Assembly: GCA_017991395.1 (NCBI GenBank)
Contig: JAGOQQ010000003.1
Location: 2,400-66,399 of the forward strand
Reading direction: 5' to 3'
DNA from: Minisyncoccota bacterium
GTDB taxonomy: Bacteria > Patescibacteriota > Minisyncoccia > Phycocordibacterales > UBA9973
DNA: 64,000 nt
Made by a program: the position numbers and the translations under genes. Below, piece after piece: positions 37,726 through 46,826 of this stretch; positions within the stretch are counted from its first letter, which is position 1, and the number at the start of each line of letters is the position of its first letter. The notes beneath the pieces are model-generated. The model was given only the letters and a program-made list of their open reading frames with translations, was not told the DNA's origin and did not search any database.

Positions 37726-38751
37726 TTACAACGATTTTTCTAACTCAATGAGTTTTTTCACACCATTGTAAAGTTGTTCAAAAATTTCTCTTTCTGTAAT
37801 ACCGAGACGTCGCTTGTTTGAAATGTCATAGATTCCATCAGATGACTCTGAATGTTCTCCGTGTACTCCTCGAATCGAAAGACCAAGCGATTTACATACC
37901 TCATTGAAATCAGGACTCGCTGAAAGTTTTGGAATTCTGATGTGCACTGAGGCGCGCATTGCTGTGCCAAGATTTGTTGGACATGTTGTGTAATATCCAC
38001 GAACATCGTCGAACGCAAAATTGATTTTCTTGTTTATTGTATCAAGCGCTGACGCAAGTCTACTGAAAACTTCTGCAATATCTGCTCCTTGTTGCATGCT
38101 GATAATTCGCATTGAATCTTCCTCTGAAACCCATACCAAAAACTTTTTATCATTTGAAAAAAAGATTCCGCGGTTTTTTGGCCAATCGCGATTGACACCA
38201 ACACTTTCCAAAAATCTATCTGCTTGTTTGAACAAGAAATGATCTTCAACCATTTTCTGTCGAACTTCCTCTGACATTCCATCTAGTGGAAAGTATTCTC
38301 CTTTCAGCGACTCAGGGAGCGCATTGAGCGCGTCTACAATTTCTGATTCCATTCTTGCCCTATCTTCCGCAGAAATCGCTGATGGAAATGCATACTTTGC
38401 AAAGTTTCTTCCTACCCGAATACGAGTAGAAACTACATACTGACCTTCAGGATCCAAATTTTCAGTTGACAGACCGCTCAGTGAAAAATCACTTTTGTGG
38501 CCGGTCATTTCATAATTGTGATATTCACGGATAATTGGATCAAATAACGGCGCAAGAAGCGTATACGACTCAGGTCCTCCTGCATATACACCTATGCTTG
38601 AATCTGGATTATCCTTCCCTGACTGTATAGCTCTCTGAGCTGTCCACCCGTTGGATTCGGTTATTCCATTAAGTTTTGCCAATAATTCTTCAGTACAGTG
38701 CTTCAACATAAGCATGTCTGGATTTGTTTTGATTTCTTTCATAAGGTACAT
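37726..38751 (-). CDS. arginine kinase-type phosphagen (ATP:guanido) kinase with metazoan-like N-terminal domain
   Basis: [15 protein letters not shown] active-site Cys motif and [34 protein letters not shown]. The N-terminal block [27 protein letters not shown] follows the guanidino-specificity region of arthropod arginine kinases. Confidence 0.85.
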   Translation of the reverse strand: [341 protein letters not shown]

Positions 38752-38845
38752 TTTAGTATAAATTCAAAAATAATACTATCTTTTATTGACTTTTTGTCAA
38801 TATGTATTGTTTTGAATTATATTGCTTAATTTACTTATTTAAAAA

Positions 38846-39367
38846 TCACATCTCCCTACTATCATACGCCCAATGCAAGAGTGCTTGGCGCTGGCGAGGA
38901 CGGCAAAACAAATCACCTTTTCGGCAATTCTTTTTGATTTGTGCGATATGCCTTCGGATTGCATTCCATCGCTTAATTTGACGTTCGTCTTCCTTTGGAA
39001 TTCGCCGTCCCAAATAGTATCTACAGTACCACTCAAACCAACCTCGTGGATCATCTTTGTATATCCATCCCTTTTTTCGCCACACTGAAAGCGGCTGGCT
39101 CGCATTCATTCCGAAAAAGTTTACAGACGCGAGAGGTTTCTTGCTACTTAATGGCGCAAATTTCGCTTTCTTAAACCACTTCTTCGGATATTCACTAGGG
39201 CAATCTCGCATATACACACCACCAAATACTCCAAGCTCAAGCATTTGCTCTGGTGTAAGATCAGGTTTAAATAATGGATTAAAATCTTTACCTGGTCGTG
39301 CAGAAATCTCATATTTATACCCTTTCTGCATAGCATTATTAACATTAACTATGCTTTTTTTCTTCAT
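38846..39367 (-). CDS. hypothetical protein (173 aa), basic
   Basis: ORF only; no family recognised. Confidence 0.4.
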   Translation of the reverse strand: MKKKSIVNVNNAMQKGYKYEISARPGKDFNPLFKPDLTPEQMLELGVFGGVYMRDCPSEYPKKWFKKAKFAPLSSKKPLASVNFFGMNASQPLSVWRKKGWIYKDDPRGWFEWYCRYYLGRRIPKEDERQIKRWNAIRRHIAQIKKNCRKGDLFCRPRQRQALLHWAYDSREM

Positions 39368-39432
39368 ATAATAATTATAACATTTAGAATTAATGCACAG
39401 CTAAGAATATACAAATTTGTTACACTCAGTAT

Positions 39433-39837
39433 ATGAAAAAATTGTATTTTGAAGTCGCTGGGGTTGTTGTAATTGTTGTGTTTCTTACGCTTACTTTTTA
39501 TGGCAACCTCATACAAGTTACCTCATTTTGGAACTCCCAATTTCTCTGGAGTAGTGTTTTATCAATCGGATGGATTGTAGTTGCACTCGGCTACTACAAT
39601 CAAGGATGGATTATTCACGAGAACAAAAGCTCAAAAAATGTTTCTGTTGTTCTTCCAGTTGCTGTACTTGTTGTGCAGTGCGTGCTATTTATAAAAGGAA
39701 TTTTTTATCATGATTGGTCACTTATTGCAGGTGCAGTAATGGTGAACTCTGGGGTACTTTTCAATCTATATCAAATCTACAAAACACGACACGCCAATCA
39801 TTATTCAAATTCGATTATTTCTCATATTAAAATGTAA
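39433..39837 (+). CDS. small 3-4 TM membrane protein, hypothetical
   Basis: 134 aa. Confidence 0.4.
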   Translation: MKKLYFEVAGVVVIVVFLTLTFYGNLIQVTSFWNSQFLWSSVLSIGWIVVALGYYNQGWIIHENKSSKNVSVVLPVAVLVVQCVLFIKGIFYHDWSLIAGAVMVNSGVLFNLYQIYKTRHANHYSNSIISHIKM

Positions 39838-39872
39838 TCATTATTTCACTTACATTCACTCATGATCAATGT

Positions 39873-39900
39873 TTGAAAATTTATTTAAATATCGTACAAT
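39873..39900 (+). promoter_or_regulatory. sigma70-like promoter TTGAAA-16nt-TACAAT
   Basis: Hexamers at 39873-39878 and 39895-39900, 30 nt upstream of the small basic ORF. Confidence 0.4.
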
Positions 39901-39929
39901 AGTACTATCTTATCAATAATATATTTCAT

Positions 39930-40058
39930 ATGGGAAAAAGAGCTACATCACTTGGTCCAAAAAAGAAATCACCACGATCTCCAAAGACCAAAAAAAGACT
40001 TGCAATCAAGAAGACAATGCTTGCAACACGTGCTGCAAAAAAGAAAAAGCGAGCATAG
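39930..40058 (+). CDS. unannotated small basic protein (42 aa, MGKRATSLGPKKKSPRSPKTKKRLAIKKTMLATRAAKKKKRA), ribosomal-protein-like composition
   Basis: Not in the ORF track (shorter than its cutoff). Bracketed by a consensus-like promoter and a strong terminator, a complete transcription unit. Confidence 0.35.
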   Translation: MGKRATSLGPKKKSPRSPKTKKRLAIKKTMLATRAAKKKKRA

Positions 40059-40065
40059 CAGAATT

Positions 40066-40098
40066 AAAACTACACCAAACTTTTGGTGTAGTTTTTTT
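40066..40098 (+). terminator. terminator aaaactacaccaaa-cttt-tggtgtagttttttt
   Basis: Perfect 13-bp stem + T7. Confidence 0.75.
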
Positions 40099-40114
40099 GT
40101 GCTACAATCGACCC

Positions 40115-40996
40115 ATGAAGCACACAACACTTTCCGCACTCACTCTAGGTATCACACTCGTCATCGTGGCGACTCTAGGATATGTTGGGTATCGTGGATA
40201 CACTACACTTCGCCAAGAAAACACATTGCTTTTTGGACAGATTTCTACTCAGAACGCTTCACTTGAAAACACAGAGGTCAAATTTGAAGAACTCACAAAC
40301 TCACACGCCGACCTCAAGGACACCCTTGCAATCCAATCTCGCAGAAACGAACTTCTCGAGCAATACGTAAACAAGATCACCAACACAGTCGCCAATTTTG
40401 AAAAATTGAGCAAGCTTGATCCGGAGCTTTTGAAGAAGTATTCCAAGGTGTACTTTCTCAATGAAAACTATTCCCCTATCGACCTAAAGGAAATTCCAAA
40501 AGAATATACTCACAACGACGGACGAACAATTGAAATCCATGAAAAAGTCGCACCATTTCTAGAAAACCTTTTTGCAAATGCCGAGGCTGATGGATTGTCA
40601 CTTCGAGCACTTTCGTCATATCGATCATTCAAAACACAAACATCATTAAAAGCTCAAAATACTGTTGTCTACGGAATAGGCGCAAATAGATTTTCGGCTG
40701 ACCAAGGATATTCTGAACACCAGCTCGGCACAACTGTTGATTTCACGACTACCTCAAGCAATGGTGTACTTGGAAAATTTGAAGGTACAAAAGAATACGA
40801 ATGGATGACAGAAAATGCATACAAATACGGATTTATACTTTCGTACCCAAAAAACAATTCATACTATATTTTTGAACCATGGCACTGGAGATTTGTCGGA
40901 GTAGCACTTGCCACAAAACTTCATCGTGACAAAATGAATTTTTACGATATGGATCAACGGGAAATAGATGAATATCTCTTGACTATCTTTGACTAA
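40115..40996 (+). CDS. peptidase M15 (VanY-like D-Ala-D-Ala carboxypeptidase) with N-terminal TM anchor
   Basis: SYRSFKTQ, SEHQLGTTVD, EPWHWRFVG metal-binding motifs of the M15B/VanY fold. Start at the MKHTTLS Met at 40115; the ORF track opens at 40097. Confidence 0.7.
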   Translation: MKHTTLSALTLGITLVIVATLGYVGYRGYTTLRQENTLLFGQISTQNASLENTEVKFEELTNSHADLKDTLAIQSRRNELLEQYVNKITNTVANFEKLSKLDPELLKKYSKVYFLNENYSPIDLKEIPKEYTHNDGRTIEIHEKVAPFLENLFANAEADGLSLRALSSYRSFKTQTSLKAQNTVVYGIGANRFSADQGYSEHQLGTTVDFTTTSSNGVLGKFEGTKEYEWMTENAYKYGFILSYPKNNSYYIFEPWHWRFVGVALATKLHRDKMNFYDMDQREIDEYLLTIFD

Positions 40997-41040
40997 GCGC
41001 ACAATATGTGTGGTACACTATCTAAGTAACAAATAGCACT

Positions 41041-41238
41041 ATGATCAAGAAAAATGTAGGTGGAATTGATAAATATATTAGAATCTTTGCAGGATGCATA
41101 CTTGTATTCGTTGGATATCGCGAAGAAGCTCTATGGGCGACACTTCTTGGTGCGATACTCTTTTTTACAGGCTGGTACGGATGGTGTGGTCTCTATTCAC
41201 TTTTAGGCAAAACAACGTGCAAAAATTCACCACAATAA
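41041..41238 (+). CDS. DUF2892 (YgaP-like) small membrane protein
   Basis: GGIDKYIRIFAG..LV.VG....LLG.ILFFTGWYGWCGLYSLLG pattern. Confidence 0.6.
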   Translation: MIKKNVGGIDKYIRIFAGCILVFVGYREEALWATLLGAILFFTGWYGWCGLYSLLGKTTCKNSPQ

Positions 41239-41261
41239 CCTTTAAAATGTGAGTTCTTTGA

Positions 41262-41296
41262 AAGCAAAAAAGTAGGCATTGCCTACTTTTTTGCTT
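41262..41296. terminator. bidirectional terminator gcaaaaaagtaggca-ttg-cctacttttttgc
   Basis: Perfect 15-bp stem; overlaps the last codons of the SET-domain gene. Confidence 0.7.
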
Positions 41297-41711
41297 TGTT
41301 CTTTTCTTTTTTAAGTACACACGACTGACATCGGCATCCAAACGGTTTGATGAATTCATCAAAATATTCTTCGCCATAATCATAATTGAGCTCTTCTCCT
41401 TTCTTTATAGTCTTCACCGCACTCACAAATATTCTTCTCTTTGGTGTATCAATCTCGCAATTTGGCTTACACGCATGATTGATATATCGTGCAACGTTTT
41501 TTCTGTCTGCACCATCTATCGTTAGATTTTTATTTATTTCAAAAAGATATTTCCCGCCTTTTTTGTTTGCTTCATCTGCGGTGAGCGCTTTTCCAATATA
41601 TTCAATCACAAACTCTCCCTTCTTAATATCCTCGTCTGCATACAACCCTAAACCGGAATGAGACTTTTTGACCCGTACCTTCTTCGGACTATCGTACTTA
41701 CTTTTTTTCAT
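41283..41711 (-). CDS. SET-domain protein (putative protein-lysine methyltransferase)
   Basis: GLGLYADEDIKKGEFVIEYIG...ARYINHACKPNC...ELNYDYG plus a post-SET Cys cluster CRCQSC. Confidence 0.8.
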   Translation of the reverse strand: MKKSKYDSPKKVRVKKSHSGLGLYADEDIKKGEFVIEYIGKALTADEANKKGGKYLFEINKNLTIDGADRKNVARYINHACKPNCEIDTPKRRIFVSAVKTIKKGEELNYDYGEEYFDEFIKPFGCRCQSCVLKKEKNKAKK

Positions 41712-41795
41712 ATATCAAAAATAATATCATACTATGTAGCAAAATAAAAAAGCGCCTCTTACGGGAAGCGCTCACTGAATACCTTACGGGGTACA

Positions 41796-42536
41796 TTAAT
41801 AAAACATTCTTCTGACACCAAATTCAATACTGTTTGACACGTTTTCATGATCACGATACACAGGCGGTGACACAAACAGTGCCGAGTAAATCCATACAGG
41901 TGTATGCGTCATTTTGTAATAAATTCTAGGTCCATACCCTCTCATAGATTCACTTCCAATGGCAATCCAAAACTTTTCGTACATTGAAAGTCTTTTTGAA
42001 ATTTCCGCAAAATGATGCAGCGCGTATTTTGAATGCTCACCATAGAACATCATTGATGAATTAAGAGTGTGTTTCTCAATAAAAAAACCATACGAGAGTT
42101 CTTCTCTAAATGATCCTCTTCGTGTAGAAATATCACCTTTGTCATCGCGAACGATGTGTTTTGAACCCAAGAGTCCAAAAGCAAATGTACGATACGTCGC
42201 ACCAATTTTCATCCTTGAAGTAAGATGATCAAAACTAAAGCGACCATCAACGCCAACAAAATAATGAACTGGTTTCTTGCTGTTAAACCTCATGTCATAC
42301 CCAAACTCAAAACCGAGTGTAGGACTAAGTGTGGTTACTTTTTTATTTGCCTCAGCAGTAAAATCACGTCCCTCAATTTTTGAGACGGAATTTGAAAGAC
42401 TAATTCGCATCCCACATGCAATCGTATCATCATATGATTTTGATTGCAGGTCAATAAGTTCATGCCACATTTGTGCATGAAGAGACGGCGATATGCAAAG
42501 ATACAGGCATACCACCATTATTTTGGTTCGAGTCAT
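41796..42536 (-). CDS. secreted hypothetical protein (signal peptide MTRTKIMVVCLYLCISPSLHAQ)
   Basis: The ORF opens at 42602; the likely start is the internal Met. Alternating hydrophobic pattern and a C-terminal ...RRMFY. Confidence 0.4.
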   Translation of the reverse strand: MTRTKIMVVCLYLCISPSLHAQMWHELIDLQSKSYDDTIACGMRISLSNSVSKIEGRDFTAEANKKVTTLSPTLGFEFGYDMRFNSKKPVHYFVGVDGRFSFDHLTSRMKIGATYRTFAFGLLGSKHIVRDDKGDISTRRGSFREELSYGFFIEKHTLNSSMMFYGEHSKYALHHFAEISKRLSMYEKFWIAIGSESMRGYGPRIYYKMTHTPVWIYSALFVSPPVYRDHENVSNSIEFGVRRMFY

Positions 42537-42609
42537 ATGAATTTGTGTTAAGGTTCGTTTGCAATAAGTGTAGCACTTTTGTGTAGAAAGAAAATGGTAC
42601 ACTGTTCAT

Positions 42610-43221
42610 ATGAATTTCAATACACTTTTGACAAAAGCGGAAATCGCGCTTTTCAAAAAACTCTCAACACCTGCAAAAATACAGGATTATTTGAATACGC
42701 TCAAAAATAATACTGATGAAAAAAAGATACTCATGTCACCACGTGAAGTAATACAACACAAAAAAGCACACTGCATGGAAGGTGCACTTTTGGCAGGAAG
42801 CATCCTGTGGTATCACGGACATACACCATACATACTTGATTTGAAAACAACACGAAGCAAGAAAGACAGCGATCATGTTGTAGCACTTTTCAAAGAGCAC
42901 GGACACTGGGGCGCAATTAGTAAGACCTCGCACGCAGTTCTCCGCTTCAGAGAACCAATATACAAAACACTCCGAGAACTTGTGCTTTCATACTTTCATG
43001 AATACTTTTTGGATGATGGGACCAAAACTCTTCGTAGTTATTCAAAACCATTCAATCTCAAATCACTTGGAACGAAATGGATTGTTTCTGATGAAGATTT
43101 GTGGGAAATAGGTGCAACACTCGACGAATGTGTGCACTATCCGCTCATTCCAAAACAACTCAAAAAACTCCGCAAGGCAGATCCAATTGAAATTTCAGCG
43201 GGTAAACTTGTTGAGAATTAG
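42610..43221 (+). CDS. hypothetical protein; possible Cys-His-Asp hydrolase-like core (HCMEGALLAG...HGH...D)
   Basis: Motif spacing only; no confident family. Confidence 0.35.
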   Translation: MNFNTLLTKAEIALFKKLSTPAKIQDYLNTLKNNTDEKKILMSPREVIQHKKAHCMEGALLAGSILWYHGHTPYILDLKTTRSKKDSDHVVALFKEHGHWGAISKTSHAVLRFREPIYKTLRELVLSYFHEYFLDDGTKTLRSYSKPFNLKSLGTKWIVSDEDLWEIGATLDECVHYPLIPKQLKKLRKADPIEISAGKLVEN

Positions 43222-43262
43222 ACACTTTATATGTATAGAAAACGGGTGTATACTTCACGTAT

Positions 43263-43787
43263 ATGAATATACATCCAATGATTGTGCACTTCCCAATAGC
43301 TCTTTTAACCATATATAGCGTACTTGAACTTATCAGAATCAAAAAAGTACTTGAAAAACCTTGGTTCAAATATGTTAAAGGTGCATTTGTCATTATTGGC
43401 TCACTCTCGTCTTCCCTTGCACTAAGTACTGGGGAAATGGCCGAAGAATTGTACGAAAAATCTGAATTAAAAAATCTTATTGAAACTCATTCTGCATGGG
43501 CAGGATTTGCGACATATGTATTTGCTATTCTTGCAATCATCTACGCTGTTCATTTTATTTCAGAATCTTCATTTAATGAAAAAATTCGGAAAACATTTTT
43601 GCGCTCATTTTGGAATTTTCTTACTTCTATTTCAGAAAAATTGTTCACTACCACATGGCTCATGATGACGGCGGCATTTGTGGGGCTTGTAGCACTCACA
43701 GTCACAGGAGGACTTGGTGGTGCAATAGTCTATGGACCGGATGTTGATCCAATAGTCAAAATTATTTACACAACACTTGTACGTTAG
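43263..43787 (+). CDS. DUF2231 membrane protein
   Basis: MNIHPMIVHFPIALL N-terminal signature, 4 TM helices. Confidence 0.6.
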   Translation: MNIHPMIVHFPIALLTIYSVLELIRIKKVLEKPWFKYVKGAFVIIGSLSSSLALSTGEMAEELYEKSELKNLIETHSAWAGFATYVFAILAIIYAVHFISESSFNEKIRKTFLRSFWNFLTSISEKLFTTTWLMMTAAFVGLVALTVTGGLGGAIVYGPDVDPIVKIIYTTLVR

Positions 43788-43798
43788 AATTCATCTCT

Positions 43799-44488
43799 AT
43801 GAAAATTCATCGTTTTTATTATCCGCACAATATTCCTGAAGGAATTCACACACTCGTTGATGTCGATATTGTTCACCAAATACGCAACGTGTTGAGACTT
43901 GAACCAGGAGAAACACTTGAGCTTTTTGATGGCAATGGGCATACCTACACAGGCACCGTCTCATCACTATCAAAAAACTCAATAGATATTGAGATTACCA
44001 ACATTTCATTCAAAGAAAAATCACCTCGTCATGTTGCACTTTTTGTGTCGATTCTCAAAAAAGAAAACACTGAACTGGCGATTGAAAAAGCGGTTGAAAT
44101 TGGAGTGTCTGAGATCGTACCTGTTATCACATCACGAACTATTAAAACTGGACTGAAAGAAGAACGTCTTCTTTCAGTAATCAAAGAAGCGACTGAGCAA
44201 TCTGGTAGAACGTACTTGCCCGAATTGCACGAAATTATGAAATTTGAAGAAGCGATACTTTTTGCTAAAAAGAATTTTTCACGTGTCGTACTTTTTGACC
44301 CACGAGGAACACCGTTTACCGCAAAAGATGAATCACGTGTAGCTGTATGTGTCGGACCGGAAGGCGGATTCACCGATGAGGAACTTGCTTTTGCAGAAAG
44401 TCATGAAGTCGAAATTTGTTCTCTTCCTACACACATTCTTCGTGGAGAAACTGCGGTAATTGTGGGAGTGTACAGTGCGCTCCTTTAA
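43799..44488 (+). CDS. rsmE: 16S rRNA (uracil1498-N3)-methyltransferase
   Basis: N-terminal PUA-like region, then C-terminal AVCVGPEGGFTDEE...LRGETA motifs. Confidence 0.75.
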   Translation: MKIHRFYYPHNIPEGIHTLVDVDIVHQIRNVLRLEPGETLELFDGNGHTYTGTVSSLSKNSIDIEITNISFKEKSPRHVALFVSILKKENTELAIEKAVEIGVSEIVPVITSRTIKTGLKEERLLSVIKEATEQSGRTYLPELHEIMKFEEAILFAKKNFSRVVLFDPRGTPFTAKDESRVAVCVGPEGGFTDEELAFAESHEVEICSLPTHILRGETAVIVGVYSALL

Positions 44489-44502
44489 TTTTGCTAAACA
44501 AT

Positions 44503-45273
44503 ATGACACTTTTTGATTCAATTATACTTGGAATAGTCGAAGGCATTACCGAATTTCTTCCAGTCTCATCGACTGGGCATCTTATGATTGCAAACAGACT
44601 TCTCGGAAACACTCCTACTGATTTTTCAAAAACATTTGAAATCGCAATACAAAGCGGTGCAATTTTTGCGGTACTTTTTTTGTACATCACACTTCTCTTC
44701 AAACATAGAAATCTGATTTTAAAAATTGCTGTTGGTTTTTTGCCTACACTTGTCGCAGGTCTAATTTTGTACCCTCTCGTTAAATCATTCTTCCAAGAGA
44801 ATATTATTGTTGTTTTTATTGCACTTATTGTGGGTGGAACTGCAATGCTATTTGTTGAAAAAAATTCCCCACAAAATACTGCTCCACGTACGCTTGAATC
44901 TCTGTCGTATAGAGATGCACTCAAGCTCGGAACCATGCAAATTCTCGCACTCATCCCCGGTATTTCACGTTCGGGTGCGACAATCATTGGAGGGCTTGCA
45001 CTTCGCTATCCACGAACGTTTTTGGTCGAGTTTTCATTTCTCCTCGCACTTCCTACTATCTTTGGTGCAACAGCGTATGATTTGTACAAAAACAATTTTG
45101 TATTTTCTCGAGACGAAATCACGCTTCTCTTGGTCGGAGCACTTGTATCTGCTGTCGTGGCATACATTGCGATGAAAACATTTCTTAATTACATAAAAAA
45201 TAACACCTTTACTCCATTTGCATACTATCGCATATGTATTGGGATAATTGGATTGTTGTATTTCCTCCTATAA
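44503..45273 (+). CDS. uppP: undecaprenyl-diphosphatase (BacA/UppP)
   Basis: GITEFLPVSSTGHL, PGISRSGATI motifs. The ORF opens at 44416 inside rsmE; the MTLFDS Met at 44503 is chosen. Confidence 0.8.
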   Translation: MTLFDSIILGIVEGITEFLPVSSTGHLMIANRLLGNTPTDFSKTFEIAIQSGAIFAVLFLYITLLFKHRNLILKIAVGFLPTLVAGLILYPLVKSFFQENIIVVFIALIVGGTAMLFVEKNSPQNTAPRTLESLSYRDALKLGTMQILALIPGISRSGATIIGGLALRYPRTFLVEFSFLLALPTIFGATAYDLYKNNFVFSRDEITLLLVGALVSAVVAYIAMKTFLNYIKNNTFTPFAYYRICIGIIGLLYFLL

Positions 45274-45278
45274 AAATA

Positions 45279-45307
45279 AAAACATCCTGCGTATGACAGG
45301 ATGTTTT
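45279..45307 (+). terminator. terminator aaaacatcctg-cgtatga-caggatgtttt
   Basis: Perfect 11-bp stem with T-run. Confidence 0.7.
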
Positions 45308-45338
45308 TACGTGTATGGTCGTATTTAGCTGGTCGAAT

Positions 45339-45764
45339 TTAGAGAGTTGTACCGACAACATCCATAGCGGTTGTGTCAGTGATTGGTGCTCCACATGAAA
45401 TACGATCGGTCTTAAACGTACTCCATGCTGATTGTCGTGAAGACTTCATTGTCGAATGTGCAGATTTTGCATCAGTACGATATGTTGTCCACGCAGTCTT
45501 ACGAGCTTCATTGCGAGATACTTTGTCTTCAATTTTCCATGCGTCCACAAGTGCCGTCTTTCGAACATTGTGAATTTTTGAAATTGATCCGTGAAAAGTA
45601 TCGACTGCACTTATTATTGATGTCTCACGTTTCTCCACTGCTGATTGCATACAAGTAAGCATACTTGATGAACTAGTAGTTGTTGAAGTACTTTGTGCAA
45701 GTACTGGAGATGTTATTCCGAGAACCATGAGCCCCAATGCAGAATAGGCAAGTAGTTTCTTCAT
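45339..45764 (-). CDS. secreted Ser/Thr-rich hypothetical protein
   Basis: Signal peptide MKKLLAYSALGLMVLGITSPVLAQ; the ORF track extends further upstream. Confidence 0.4.
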   Translation of the reverse strand: MKKLLAYSALGLMVLGITSPVLAQSTSTTTSSSSMLTCMQSAVEKRETSIISAVDTFHGSISKIHNVRKTALVDAWKIEDKVSRNEARKTAWTTYRTDAKSAHSTMKSSRQSAWSTFKTDRISCGAPITDTTAMDVVGTTL

Positions 45765-45959
45765 AGTAAAAAAATTATTAGTAAGTAAGCGTAGTCTATA
45801 AGACTGCTTACATATAGTATGACGTACCGCATCAACATATGTGACATTGACAACAAAAATAAAAAACGGCACAACTTACGTTGCGCCGCTGACACCTTGA
45901 GCTCTCACTGCACGAACCTAAAACATACAACACTTGCTCTCGATGTCATTGTCATTTCT

Positions 45960-46709
45960 TTAACGTGGGGCACGAGGCTCAACATTAAAGGGATTGCCTT
46001 GCTGGGCAGGTGGATTACGAGGTTCCGGATTTGCCGGTTGCTGATTCTGATTTTGCTGATTCGCATCAGGAACAAAATTGTTTTGTTGCTGATTGCCACC
46101 ATCATTGGAATCATTTCCATTTGAATTACCACTTCCTGTGACCTCAATCCCTGAGGCCGAAAATGAATCCTGATCTGTACTGGTCCTCTCTTTGTATTTG
46201 ATCAGCAAGACGACATCTTGATCACTTGGAGTATAATTCACACCCTGATAGGATATTACGCCATTCTTGGTGACAATCTTATACAACCCGTTACCAACTG
46301 CTGAAAACTGAATTGGTGGTCCGATTTTCCCATCATTTCCGTCATGGAACTGAACCATCAAAGATGAATTCGAAACATTAACGATCTTTCCTTTTATCTT
46401 GTCCTTGAATTTGATAATAGTGCCAAGACTTACTTTTTGGAGCACCAATACTCCCTCTTCGACGAGAACAGTCTGGGAATAGCTACTTGCAGTTAATTGG
46501 AAAGCTTTTGATCCATAGACCTGGATCAGAATTAGGCTTGCTCCACTTACATTGAGCTTTTTGACGTGCTCAGAATAGTTAAACTCGACAAATGACTCTT
46601 TCGAATCACTTGATTTTCCCTCCGAAGTAGTCTTTGAAGGTGTCTTGCAAGATGCAAGAGCAACTATGGCACTAAGGATTAAAAACCCTTTAAATGTCTT
46701 GTTTTTCAT
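45960..46709 (-). CDS. lipoprotein with Gln/Asn/Pro-rich C-terminus, hypothetical
   Basis: Lipobox IVALASCK. Confidence 0.45.
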   Translation of the reverse strand: MKNKTFKGFLILSAIVALASCKTPSKTTSEGKSSDSKESFVEFNYSEHVKKLNVSGASLILIQVYGSKAFQLTASSYSQTVLVEEGVLVLQKVSLGTIIKFKDKIKGKIVNVSNSSLMVQFHDGNDGKIGPPIQFSAVGNGLYKIVTKNGVISYQGVNYTPSDQDVVLLIKYKERTSTDQDSFSASGIEVTGSGNSNGNDSNDGGNQQQNNFVPDANQQNQNQQPANPEPRNPPAQQGNPFNVEPRAPR

Positions 46710-46826
46710 CTTATATTGATTTTTGTTTTGCCTAAATTATATACTATATAGGTATTTTGTCAAGGGGCTGTAGACATATAAAAAACCCCTTCTTTACGAA
46801 GGGGTGCACTGCACTTAAGTACAGTA

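Noticed and set aside
39952-40266. 104-aa ORF overlapping the start of the M15 peptidase gene
   Set aside because: It reads through a perfect terminator hairpin and overlaps the better-supported 42-aa basic ORF in another frame and the peptidase start.
41796-42602. Outer-membrane beta-barrel call for the secreted 246-aa protein ending in ...RRMFY
   Set aside because: The C-terminal aromatic residue and alternating pattern are suggestive. The genome context is a probable monoderm (Sec-anchored surface proteins, WxL-like domains) and no BAM machinery is visible, so the evidence is insufficient.
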